Positions 41,501 to 57,259 of a stretch of 64,000 nt of DNA are shown here, piece after piece; the first letter of the stretch is position 1, and every line of letters begins with the position of its first letter. Under the pieces are notes generated by a model. The model was not told where the DNA came from. It made no database searches and saw nothing but the letters and a program-made list of their open reading frames with translations. A program made the translations under genes and the position numbers. This DNA comes from Styela clava (taxonomy: Eukaryota): NCBI RefSeq assembly GCF_964204865.1, contig NC_135254.1, forward strand, positions 11,408,001 to 11,472,000. Direction: 5' to 3'.

Positions 41501-43221
41501 AAACGATTGAACGGTCAAAAATTTCTGATTATCTGTTGTGAGAAAGTCAAAATTTTAATATATAGAAGGATATTGGAAGTTGTTAAATTCATTGCAGTCA
41601 TGAAGCTATATATTTATTGCTCAACAAAAGTATAACCTTTCCTAAGAAATCAACAATTCCCAGCTTCCCAATTATTGCATGTAGTGTATGAAATTTAATT
41701 TTGCTTCAGTGAAGATATCATTGAAAACTAAACAAATAAAATAATTTTTGAAGTCTATAACACCGAGCATTTTATACCGACTGAAATTATAGGAGGCAAT
41801 TAATCCAGTTTATAGAAAGCAGAAAGTTTGAATTCATTATTAAATAGTATTCATCACTTTTATTTCTACAGAGGAAAAAATAAACTACCTGTTTGAATAC
41901 AATGGTCATCAGAATTACTTGTTATTGAATTTGGAAGCTGAGGTGGTGATATGTTGAGGTCTAACATTTCAACATCTCGAATGCTGGTTTCAGTTGATTC
42001 ACAGTGTGAGGGGTTCTTGGTAATACCAGATGAATCCTCAATTGATTTTCTTTTGTCAACAAGCTCAAATTTTTCTGCATTTTTGGAATCCGACGTTTGA
42101 CATGCAGTACTTGATGAATCAAGACTCTTATTGAAATTTTTTTCTTGTTTTTTCTTTTTCGTGTATTTTTCCGACACCAAACTGATTGCACGTCTGTTAA
42201 TTGATGATTTAACTTCCGTTTTCAAATAGGGATGAAATTTTGTTGTTGAACTGGACACAGCATTAACTTGTTTATAAGATTTTGTCTCTTTTTTCTTCGA
42301 TGCATCTTGCATAGAAGATTGAACATCATTGTGCACCACTTTTTCATTCCTTTTTTTCTTTTTACCAGAACGTTTTCGACTCTTCGGCTGACTTTTTACT
42401 GAAAATATAGAGCATCTCAATTTGCTATAACCACTGTGAAATAAATATTGCCAAGAAAGAGCCTCCATAAAGAAATACCTCAATTTATGCACTGAAGTTT
42501 TCTAATAAAATGTTAAGAATTCGCTGCTGATTATTTGATACCAAAATTTGTAAGAGAGATAAACTTGAAAACCAAAATATATGTTACACCATAGAGAAAA
42601 ACTCAAATTAATGAGAGTGAATACATAAACAATTACAAAATTTTATCCTGAATATCCAATTGACACAATTGATAATGTAATGTCATTCACTGTATTAGCT
42701 TATAAATCGGCGCTCCAGAAGTACGTGTACCGATATGGAGGTAACTACCGTAATTTTGTTCGCCTATTTTACATCAAGTTGTGTAATGGAACTGAAACCT
42801 ATGGGCAGGCAGGGGGATATTCACTTGGCAAACATGGACAGTCCCCGAACTCGTAATAGAACTAAAATAAGGAAAATCGGAATAAATTATGTCCTAACCC
42901 TAACCTGGTACAAATACTACGGGAGTACCCATAAATCTTAATAAAATCACCACCTCAACTGGCAACACAGAGCATAAAGACACTTTGAAACACAACAGTA
43001 AATAAGGGAAAGCAAACATGGATTTCAATTTAAACAAAACCTTCAGCATATCCTGGATGCTCCCAAGTGCAACTTCCATCTGCAGTATTAAAAAAGTAAA
43101 CTCTGTTCTTATGTTTCTTTGAGAATTGTGCAATCCATTTATCAGGCAAGTCTTTCTGTACTTTAGTCAGAATTGAATCTTTTTCAGACTGGGTTAATTC
43201 TTTCTTCTTTTCATTACTCAT
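35515..43221 (-). CDS. SWT1: SWT1-like PIN-domain RNA endoribonuclease with N-terminal WW domain, ~770 aa, 12 predicted coding exons
   Basis: Phase-consistent GT-AG exons: 43041-43221, 41889-42398, 41363-41532, 40585-40646, 40451-40515, 39503-39641, 38954-39012, 38619-38864, 37349-37587, 36933-37106, 36309-36505, 35515-35785 (2313 nt). WW motif LPDKW..SKKHKNRVYFFNTADGSCTWEHP; PIN motifs VILDTNVLL, IIPWVVLQELD, VRGQ, NNDDRILQCC, LVTHDKNLMNKA; SWT1 C-terminal motif EKEMKEAFDDLWLDIILRKPPWTL..VLHCVRKHWLAVF. Confidence 0.9.
37681..37930. mobile_element. hAT (Charlie-like) MITE in a SWT1 intron
   Basis: 16-bp TIR CAGGGGTGTGCAACCT / AGGTTGCACACCCCTG with GCGGCCC subterminal motifs. The TSD is degenerate. 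A related left end occurs at ~20399. Confidence 0.85.
38053..38329. mobile_element. hAT-family MITE in a SWT1 intron
   Basis: TIRs CAATGTTCCCTCTAA / TTAGAGGGAACACTG with a perfect 8-bp TSD GTTGACAG on both sides. Confidence 0.9.
39167..39305 (-). mobile_element. Shorter inverted copy of the 42709 family
   Basis: GGTACTCCCATAGT..CACTTCTGGAGCGCC; flanks TATAAATG / TATAAGTG. Confidence 0.75.
42709..42929 (+). mobile_element. Non-autonomous DNA element with GG..CC ends, 8-bp TSD and internal CCTAACCCTAACC
   Basis: Imperfect TIRs GGCGCTCCAGAAGTA / TACTACGGGAGTACC; flanks TATAAATC / CATAAATC; shares its body with 39167-39305 and 15019-15210. Confidence 0.75.
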
Positions 43222-44461
43222 GATTTGTATGGCTCACAAACATTTACATGATTATTGATCTTCAATAGACATTGGATTTGCATTATTATATATATTCATA
43301 GCTGGTTATTGTATATACTTGTCTATAGTTTGCACTTCGATGAGTTACCAGTGCATAGATAGCACTATAATCTGGTATTTACATTGTTGTTTATTTTAAC
43401 ACAGGAACTACCATATATTAACATTTTTTAAACTTCACAGTTAGTATAATGGAGAAATATAAATAAGGGTAGCATTTTTATAATTGTAAATGCGCTCCGC
43501 TCCGTAAAAAGCGACCCAATTCGGACCAGATTCAAAGGACAACCCCAGACAGAAGTATTGATGTATGCAAAAATGTTTAGTACATAGGTCACACCCCTGA
43601 TATAAGCACAGTTTTCTAGTTCAATAAAGTGCGGATTTTGAAATTTGCAATCATATTTTATTTTGATTACAAGTTATCAGAATATAAGAATGATGCTGTA
43701 CAATCAACGGTTAAAATTAGGAAGATATTTATAGAAACTTTTCCTAGTTTATAAGCAAGTAGGAAAATGGAGAAAAAAATGCATATCGGTACACAAACAA
43801 AGCACAGGTTTATGAATTGTATAAAAGAATATTATACCACAAAACGTAACTCAAGAAATGATAAATTAGAAAATGAAGCTTATTACTAGCATAATCACAT
43901 ATAGGCTACTCTCCTTATAAATATGAAACGTTTTAATAAATTTATTTATTAAATGTTAAATTTTTGTTCATATGGCAAATGGGTTTATAAAAAATTTTAG
44001 TTATTCAAGCTATAACAAATCTCAAAGGTGTCAAGTCAAATCAGTGCATTTTTCATTGCAATGGTAATCAATTTCCTGCTGAGTTCGGAATAAAACAAAT
44101 GAATAGAACTGAATAAGTAGTTAAAAGTCAAGTGACAAGAACGGCAAAACAATGGAAGTTAAATGATAATTTTTTGAAAACAATTATTCTGCAATAACTG
44201 CCGTAGTATGGTAATTTAGAACTTTATACCTTATTAAAATATATCAACGTTCATGTTTATTATCAAACACAATAAAATAAGAAATGATTATGATAGATAG
44301 AAATACATGGCCGATTCAATTGACTGAAAAAAGTAAGGAAATTGAAGTTTAATCAACGGAAATGAAGTAATTACAAAGAGTAAAATTAAAAAAACAAGCG
44401 ATGAAAATGATAATAAAGTACGTTGCTCCATGATATAGATAAGCATGCAAAGAGCATCTTG

Positions 44462-45376
44462 TTAACCACCACCGCGGCCCTTTTTCGAAGCGAAGCTTCT
44501 AATTTTCTGCCTGACATACTGTAAGTTTATCTCCGAGCCCTGTCTCCACTGTACCTTTTGCAGCTCATTTGGAAAATTTTCAGCTAAACCATTCGCATCA
44601 AGTGCTTGTTCAAAATATCTTTCCGCAGCATCCAGATCATCCTCTGCCATTCTGGCAAGACCAAGATTATGAAGCAAAGCAGAACAAATGAAAAAACGGT
44701 AAGCCCGCTGACCGAATTTATCTAACATTATTTTCAAAGCTCTATCATAAAAAGTTTCAGATTCTGCTTTCTGATCGTCAGATGAAAGAATCATTGCTAT
44801 GTTATTCATACAAATAACCTCAGTTTCTGTTCTTACTTCAGAATCAGCATCACATATTGTTCTCAAATTATCCAATCTTGAATGCATCATGCGCATGGCT
44901 ATTGATACTACTGTTGCAGGAAAATTAGGGCTATCAATAGTTCTAATTGCACTTTCACGAATCTTTCGAAAACATTCCATTATTCCAATTACTGCATCAT
45001 TAGGAGGAGAATCTAATTGGTGTAGTTTACATGCACAATTAAACAACAAGATTACTTGCAAATGAGAATTGTTTTGAAGATGTATATTAGCGAGCTCAAT
45101 CATATCATTGACGCCAACACGAGGTGCAGTTGTAATCAAATCAAGAGTTTTTGTAATCTCAAAATCATCATCATTTTTTAATATAGGAGAATGTATCCTT
45201 ATTAGACATTCACATATTCTTAATTGAGTTTTCAGTCTTACCCAAAAATTCGGTTTTAAAGTGAGTAGTTCTCGCAATATAGGCAAACTAGCCATAGGCC
45301 TTTGACCATTAAAAGCATAATCACATTTTTCTTGCAGGAATAATATTGTCTTTTCAGTACTATCAAGCGACGTCAT
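44462..45376 (-). CDS. Uncharacterised helical-repeat (TPR-like) protein, single coding exon, 304 aa
   Basis: Long ORF in AT-rich DNA. C-terminal TPR-like helices CMNNIAMILSSDDQKAESETFYDRALKI and LLHNLGLARMAEDDLDAAERYFEQALD. Splice acceptor tttaaatcag just upstream of the ATG. Confidence 0.8.
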   Translation of the reverse strand: MTSLDSTEKTILFLQEKCDYAFNGQRPMASLPILRELLTLKPNFWVRLKTQLRICECLIRIHSPILKNDDDFEITKTLDLITTAPRVGVNDMIELANIHLQNNSHLQVILLFNCACKLHQLDSPPNDAVIGIMECFRKIRESAIRTIDSPNFPATVVSIAMRMMHSRLDNLRTICDADSEVRTETEVICMNNIAMILSSDDQKAESETFYDRALKIMLDKFGQRAYRFFICSALLHNLGLARMAEDDLDAAERYFEQALDANGLAENFPNELQKVQWRQGSEINLQYVRQKIRSFASKKGRGGG

Positions 45377-46475
45377 GATACTGAACGCTGATTTAAAAAC
45401 ATGAATTCCTATACATTATAATAACCTATATTAAATATAACCTAGAGAAAAGAGAAAAAAGTAAAAAAGCATAATTCAGACAACATTTCAAATCCATTTG
45501 AAACGGCACATGATAATAAATGGCAAGAAAATAAAAGAAATAGCGAATAGGCAACCAGAACTAACATCCAGTCACCGAGAATAGTAGGGAACTGAAAAAA
45601 TAGCAAATTGTAAAAATAATGCAAACATTCTTTGAAATTATTTGAACAACTTCAAATTTAAATTGCAATTCAATATAAAACACAAATATTATAAATTATT
45701 CAAATATTTAGATTGAGCATCCAAAATATGGATGTATAAAGAAATGAGAGTACAATAATTTCATATCACAAAAAAAGAGCAATTTATCTGCAATTCAAAC
45801 TTATTCTTTCATTTTGCAAGCATTATGGAATGCAAAAGATGATACTTAACTTGTTGAAAAGCGAAAATACAATAGATGACCCAGCGCATCTTATTTAATG
45901 AAAGAAACAGGAATGGTGTCACAACATATTATTGAGTTTCATCGTCTTGAACCCACGTATTTATTTTTGAATGGAAACTAGATTGGAAGTGACCACTTGT
46001 CTGGAGTCTTCTTTTGAGCAAAAGTGTGGTACTTAAACAATAACATGTTCAAAATTTTTTCAGAGGATAATAAACTGTGAATGAATAGTCTAAATTCTTC
46101 ACAAAAAACATGTTTATAAGTTTTGAAACAAAAGTATCAAATCCAGCAATAATGGACTTGGCTACTGATTGTCATGTGTAAGCACTCATATAGTCATCTT
46201 ATTATTTATTCGCCATACATGGAAAGAGTAAAGAATTATAATTAATAAAATATTACACTTTACTGTCAATCACCAACTATTTTTTCAGCAGAGGAACAAA
46301 AACATAGGAGGAAATTTCAGCTTAAAAAATAATGCAGCTGTTAGATTAGGTGTAGCTAAGATTCTAACAATGCAAAACTAAAAGTCCAATTTCCAAAAAT
46401 GTAGTGTATCGTTTTCATGGAAAACCCTTGGCCTAATTACATTTTCAAAGAGAATTTGCTGAAACAGTGTCACAA

Positions 46476-46868
46476 AAAGAGACTCACATCTAGAGGAAAG
46501 AGACTCGCATCTAGAGGAAAGAGACTCGCATCTAGAGGAAAGAGACTCGCATCTAGAGGAAAGAGACTCGCATCTAGAGGAAAGAGACTCGCATCTAGAG
46601 GAAAGAGACTCACATCTAGAGGAAAGAGACTCACATCTAGAGGAAAGAGACTCACATCTAGAGGAAAGAGACTCACATCTAGAGGAAAGAGACTCACATC
46701 TAGAGGAAAGAGACTCACATCTAGAGGAAAGAGACTCACATCTAGAGGAAAGAGACTCACATCTAGAGGAAAGAGACTCACATCTAGAGGAAAGAGACTC
46801 ACATCTAGAGGAAAGAGACTCACATCTAGAGGAAAGAGACTCACATCTAGAGGAAAGAGACTCGCATC
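46476..46868. repeat. 21-bp minisatellite AAAGAGACTC(A/G)CATCTAGAGG, ~18.7 copies
   Basis: Direct reading; only the A/G position varies (1 A, 5 G, 12 A, then a partial G copy). Confidence 0.98.
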
Positions 46869-47701
46869 CAAAGGAACAGCTACTGAAACCAGATAGATTT
46901 GTATTAATGCATAATACAGCTAGATGTGTATTTAGAAATGGCATCATATTTAATAAACAAGCGCAAAACTGTATGTCGAATTCCCATGTTACATAAGCAA
47001 GCATTTGTTAAGCAAAGAAAAAACAATATGAAATATACTCAACAGGATGAAAATAAAATTAATAGCCCATGAAACCTAGTGATCTGATAGACATAACAAA
47101 GATAAAAAGGGCCATACAACCACTCAACAAAATTTGAATTACGTAGTTTCCTCTGCAATTGATGATATGAAGAGCACTTAATAATGGATTTGTTGTTACA
47201 TGATGATCTATCGAAAATAACTACCGTAATTTCAATTCGATAGGAAATGTGCGTATCGTATATGAATACATAAAATTTCAATAAATCTAAAGGCCTTCAT
47301 AATATGTACATTTAGAAATTAATCAAAATCAAATAATAGTACAATCCATATCCTTTGAATTAAATGCAGACATACAGAATTAGTATGAGTTTTGAGCAGA
47401 ATACAAAAAGATGAAAACAAAAAGGGATTTTCATAAATCTCAAGTTCATATGCGATCTACAATAGGCTACTGGAATTGAGCTATCAAGATGCAAATTTGT
47501 ACAGATAGGATGATGAGAATGCACCGACCCAAAGACACATACATAAACCTTTGATTAACAAATCCTACCTTTGTTATGAATTTTTGATTACGGTATATAT
47601 ATATTATAGAAATTCACTTTCAGATTATTGCTACTTTCAGCAATAAAAATAGAAAATAACAAACACAGACACCTGTGGATCGATTGCAAGTGACATTATT
47701 T

Positions 47702-47704
<3 letters not shown>

Positions 47705-47732
<28 letters not shown>
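47705..47732. repeat. (TA)n microsatellite
   Basis: Direct reading. Confidence 0.9.
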
Positions 47733-47735
<3 letters not shown>

Positions 47736-48637
47736 TCAAACAAATCAAGAAAATTAAAAAAAATTACACAATGGAAAAAGGATGCGCCAGGAAGGACAAA
47801 AATATACAATTGCGAATTACAAACTGTGGACATGCTATCTCATCAACATTTTTAGACAAATTCCGAAATAGCCTAAATATTTTGAAAACAATATGATATA
47901 TAACTCCAATAACACACAACAGATCCAGAAATTTATACTTTCATTCAACACTACTCAACTTAGGTTCAAACAGGAACCCATCTGACTCATAAAAAAGTCA
48001 TTCACCTGACTAAATGTTTTTTTAATAATTTCGAATTCATTTTGTATATGAGCTATAATGGAAGAACCACAAGAGTGTACAAAGGTAAGTCTAACATTGA
48101 CACAATAGAGTGGACATCACTCATTGCATCGCATATCGGCACCTCAAGTTAACAGATAACAATGCCAATAAAACAAACTGATGAAACCACAGTAGATGTA
48201 CTGGAACATTTAATTATGACATTGCATGAGTTAATAATATTAATCATCATCAATAAACCATCATAAGTACAAAAGTACAGCCATAATAACAGGTAGTATT
48301 TCCCTACAGAGGTGTCCAATGTCCAAATTTAATAAGACTACAACAGCGGAAATATAAAGCCATCAATATAAGCTGTGGTCATTAGATGTTAGATTAACGT
48401 GTGATCTTATTCACTGGTTTTCTAGTTTTATTTCATTTGTCTGTCATATACAGATGTTGATTTGATACAAATATAATTTTCTTGAATGCATGAATACAAA
48501 ATGTATAACATATTGTAATATGAACAGCTTGGGTTTGCGACTTAGTTATAGAACTTATAACGGTTTCGAAATTGGCAAAATGCACAAAATTAGCAATAAA
48601 AGATAAAAATAAAAAACAAACGTGTACTGTAAATATA

Positions 48638-52444
<3,807 letters not shown>

Positions 52445-54239
52445 TCAATAAACACAATACAAGTTGTTTCCAGTTCATTGTCAATTGCCTTGGTGCCAAT
52501 TAGATTACCTTAATTTAGCTTCAAATCATATCATTCATAAATCATACATTTTCTGTTAACAAAATTGTAGTGTTACTTGACAAGATGATTCATAGAATTA
52601 AAAAATGATATCGTATTCAGTAAATGACTATTTGAAATGTCCACTTCTAGTAATGTGTTTTGCATGGAACTGTGGGATTGGTCATTCCCAAATAGAACAT
52701 ATCCGTACTTAATGTTTTTAAATTTACAACTAGACTGCATTGCGCTAACAGACTTGTTAGCAATACGTACATTAATGAATGTTCTGAAATTCCCGGTGAT
52801 GAATACCAATGGCAACCAGTGCATAAATTATACAACCTGATATTGAAATGCAGTAATATTTCTCACACATAATGTAACAATATGCTGAAATTACATTGTG
52901 TTGGCGCCAGTAATAATACACCAAAAGGAAGTTACAACATAGCAAGAGGAATACATTCTAGTATTTCAATGGTAGGGAGTTAAGCATTAATAAAGCAGAC
53001 TGTTAATAAGATTCATGGAGCTTCATGGGAACAATTGATTAATATGTGAGAATAAATAAGAGAAGTGTATAAAACGTTGAGCAATCTATTTAGTCGCACA
53101 CTAAAAATCTTACATATCAAATCTTATAGACCCAAACTATAAGCCTTCACATCATGGCTGCCTTGTATGAAATATACCTTGAAAAATAAGAGCACTATAA
53201 AATAACATGAAAATTGCACATGTCCTCGAATATAAAAAGAAGCCTAATCTTAAGTATTACATCTTACACAGAACCCACGAAATATTACCAATATGATACA
53301 AATACAACACATACCGCCTACCGGTACTTTCTATTATTTTACCACTATTTTTTTGTAAAATCTACCATTTCCAAATGGAATCATGACGGGCCAAATACCA
53401 ATGACTAATAATTGGGATTTATCACGATGCCACTGTTTGTCTTCTTGCAAAATCTCTATCTTGTGAATGGAAGCATGAAGGGTGAAATACCAATGGTTAA
53501 AAATTGGCATCGCGATGTTGCCGCAAAATAACAGATTCAGTCTTCAGATTTCAATTTTAAACTAAATATTCAAGACCCATCATGCCAATCTGTATATTAA
53601 TGTCTCTTTTTCGGATTATATACCGCCAGGAACCATAGGTGTACAAAATGATTGCTAAACTTCTACAGTCAAGAGTCCAGGGTCTGAAAGTAGTCCACAA
53701 ACGCTAAGCATTATGTCCACTGTACTCAGATAATATTGGGTCTGTTTGTTGCTGATGTACTGGCAGAATCTGAGATTACAGGATTAGGTTAGCTAAATCT
53801 GTATAGGCTGGTCTAATTTTATTTTTTTTACCAAATTGAATTTAAAAAGAAATATGGAATTACCGGTATTTAATTACATTTTTTTATGCCAATTAACTTG
53901 TCAATTTTTGTTTTATAGCCTACATTTTTTTTTGTAAACCAATTGCATGTATTGAGTTCCAATTAATTGTAGAAAAATAAAACAGTTGAATAAACAATTA
54001 ATTATACATATGAAATCCAATGTTGATAAAGCCATATCAGAATATATCCATTTGTATTGAAAACATTGTCTACATTCCATCAAATGCATAGCATTATAAT
54101 GTAGATGAATATTAATTTATTTTATATTAGCAAGGAAAAAGAGAAGATTTCAAAATATTAGACAGAAAATTCGAAATACGTTATACAAACATTTATGTAA
54201 ATAATCCTCCTAAATTAAGACAATCTAAATTTCTTTATT

Positions 54240-54700
54240 TTCAACTCATTATCGATTTTTGTAGTAAATCATCCACAATTTCACCAAGTATTACTCTTTC
54301 TCTTTCAAAATTAATCATTAATCTGATTACACCTAGGAGTTTACATTTAAAAATAGCCTGCAAGTTACATTGCAATTGGAATACATCATCATATTTGACA
54401 CCCTTTCTGAATTCCCATGGCTGAATGGCTGATTTTCCACATTGAATGATCAATGATTAAGGTTTCTTCATTTTCATTACAAAATACACATTTTCCATTT
54501 TCATCAACAAACCAATATTTTAATTTGTCATCTGTAGGTAGGTCATCACAGCATTATGTGAAATTTTCCAATTTAGAATTTTGTACTTATTACAGTATTA
54601 GGAAGTTCATATTGCCAACTATTTGACCAGGCAATTGGAATATTAAAATTGAATTTTTGTGTAATGTAGATAGACTACTGACATATCATAAAGTGTAGCA
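54240..54700 (-). pseudogene. Degraded L1/Tx1-type LINE ORF2 C-terminal zinc-binding (zf-RVT-like) fragment
   Basis: Across frameshifts it reads AWSNSWQYELPN-NKYKILNWKISHNAVMT-DDKLKYWFVDENGKCVFCNENEETL-(H)-IIQCGKSAIQPWE. This matches the W..K...W+I.H..+.T.D+L..W......C.FC...EET..H....C......W pattern of non-LTR retrotransposon C-termini. Confidence 0.75.
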
Positions 54701-55700
54701 ATTTCTGTAATTTTCCTCATTTTCAATAAACTACCACCAGTACCGGTACCGTACAGGTACTTATAATAGCTATAATCTATAGAATCCAAGTCTATTTTTT
54801 ATTAAATTATGAATTCTCGCTAGAATTTCCTTCTAGCTTATAGATAGATTGACCCAAACCTGCTGGATTCCATTTGAGCATCTATTTAAATACTTTATTC
54901 TGGATAAGTACCGTACCGGTAACCTCTGAATCTGTCGTGTATTTGGGATAAATATATTTTTTTATAATGAAAAATAACATAAATAAAATATTATCAAACA
55001 TCTTGATTCACTTTTTTATTATATTACATAAAATATTTACCACTGTATTAGACAAACTACAATTTATTCGCTGAGAAGATTATGTAAAAGGTTGCAATAA
55101 ACAGTGACAGCGTGAATCTTCTGCCAGACTGCCGTCTGGGTCGGACGTGTTTTTGTTGCTCTGTTAGATGAAAGATCAATCAATGCTGTTGGACTGAGAA
55201 TGCTACGCGCTGTGTGTTTCGGTATTTACTATTAGATTTGTATCTCGTGATATCAACATGATCAAGGCCCATCCACCGGAATTAAAGAAGTTTATGGATA
55301 AAAGATTGGATTTAAAGTTTGTGTTTGGCAGTCGTCGGCTGCGGTCGCATTTTTGAACGGCGCAGAAAGATTAGATTGACAACAATGAACCAGCACTTAA
55401 GGAATATCAACAAGTAAAGGCCGAAATATGAAATTACATGGAAGCATAAAGGCAACATACGAACATCATAACAGAATCGAAAGATGAATACAACAGGGAT
55501 TGATTCAGATATTTTATTTTGTGACAAAGAGTATGATATACTGCTATTTCTAGAAATTCCGCTTGAACACTGAGTATTCAACTATATATGTGTAAATAGT
55601 TTGCAGTGTACCTTACAGTGTAACATTTTTAAACATTCATTTAGTGGCATATTTTTGATTTGTTCTCTCTGTGTGTATACCGGTACTGTTTTAACAATGT

Positions 55701-55711
55701 TGGCCACGTCA
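55701..55711 (-). promoter_or_regulatory. UPRE-like XBP1/ATF6 motif TGACGTGGCCA upstream of IRE1
   Basis: Matches the UPRE consensus TGACGTGG. An E-box CACGTG lies ~30 bp away and a CCGCCATGG YY1-like motif is at ~55800. The TSS is unknown. Confidence 0.35.
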
Positions 55712-57212
55712 ATGTATCAATTAGGCTACAGACCTGCTCACGTGTGATTAGTGTTTTTCCTAATAATTGCTTTTACGAGTGTCCGCACACCGAATTTGCC
55801 GCCATGGTTTTGCGTTTGTTTGTATATTAAACCACTTATCACCTTTTCCGCAATGCCCAATCTAGCAATCAGTGTAGTTTTTCATGGCTTGGTTTTTCTT
55901 AAAGCTTTCATGGCTTCATGAGTATGACTATCGTCGCAAATTTATTACATTCCACTCCCCACATTATCTTTGCATGAGGTTGTAGGTATTGGTCATTATC
56001 AACGTAATTGTTGAAAGAGAGTACAACAGCCCGAAAGTTTATTACTATCGTGTATTTTGTTTTTTAAGTTTGGCCCAAGCCTCATTTAATTGGGCTTGTG
56101 TTTTTGTGTGCGTGCTGGTGGGCAGGCACATGAGATACTTCATGTTTTAAACTTTTTTGTAGGTTTTGCTTGCCCTCCAGAATTCTCCATTTTAAATTTA
56201 GGTTTGTTATGGAGTTTTCGAAATAAACTATCTATCTATCTATCTATCTAATCTAGCCGACAACCTGTTGTCATTTTTTTTTTTTTTTTGCCAAATAAAT
56301 TCCAATGCCAAACGGAATTTTCGTATATTAATTTTATTGTCGAATTAGTATAATTTGCACCCAATTGAAACAATTTCATAATTTCAAAACACATTGCCCA
56401 CAAGTTCAATAATATATGTAACAATTAAAATATAAAACCATACCATTACCGGAGTTTTGTATCATATATAGTCCAATTGTTGTCATTGTGTATCAAACCA
56501 TGACCGGAGTGAATCATCGACGTTCCGTCATCCGCTTGACTTACAAAATTTCGTCGAAAGTAATCACGCAAAACGCCTGCTGTCTAACATAAATTCTTCT
56601 TTTTTGAAAAGTGGTGGACATACGATGATCGTGTATGAACGTAGAAGAGTGATTTCGCGAGTTGGCGCATTTAATTGGTTTCTATGTTTCAAACCATCAA
56701 TTCAATTTAAAACATTTAAAAACGTGTCATTTAAAAGTACCGTACCGGTAGAATAGTTTAGTCTACTCTATCACCGACATTCATAGACAAACTTTTGATT
56801 ACTGGCTTACTGCAATTAAACTAAAACTCCTAAAGAGACGATCATGGCTCCATTCGAAAAACTAGCACGCGTTTAAAACCATGCTTGAAAATCTGTCTGG
56901 GTGACAAAAGTGCCTGAGCGGCTGCTAAATCATCTTTTATTGCGTCACGTTGTGCATCTTTTTCATTAGTCAGTGTTACGGAAGTAAACAAGGAAGTCTC
57001 AATGAAAAAAAAAAGTTAACAAGAAAGTCGATTCTCCGAAAACAACTATTAGTTTACGACTCTTTTTTTCATTTCTTGCAAGGCTTGCAAGGCCATTTTC
57101 TTGCAAGGCTTCTTATTTTATATTTATTTTCCATTACGTCGCAAAATTTGAAATTATGTTGGTATAAGTTGTATCTCTTTCCCATAGAATGTAATAAGCC
57201 ATTTCATGTATG

Positions 57213-57259
57213 GTCATGACCAATGACATTAAACATTGTTTAATGTCATTGGTCATGAC
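57213..57259. repeat. Perfect 23-bp inverted repeat with 1-nt spacer
   Basis: GTCATGACCAATGACATTAAACA-T-TGTTTAATGTCATTGGTCATGAC. Confidence 0.95.

Noticed and set aside
46476-46868. CRISPR-like array
   Set aside because: Head-to-tail repeats with no unique spacers, eukaryotic context and no cas genes.
46378-47004. ORFs with CESLSSR / RLTSRGK / DVSLFPL heptad repeats
   Set aside because: A stop-free 21-bp unit opens frames on both strands automatically; there is no flanking protein-like sequence.
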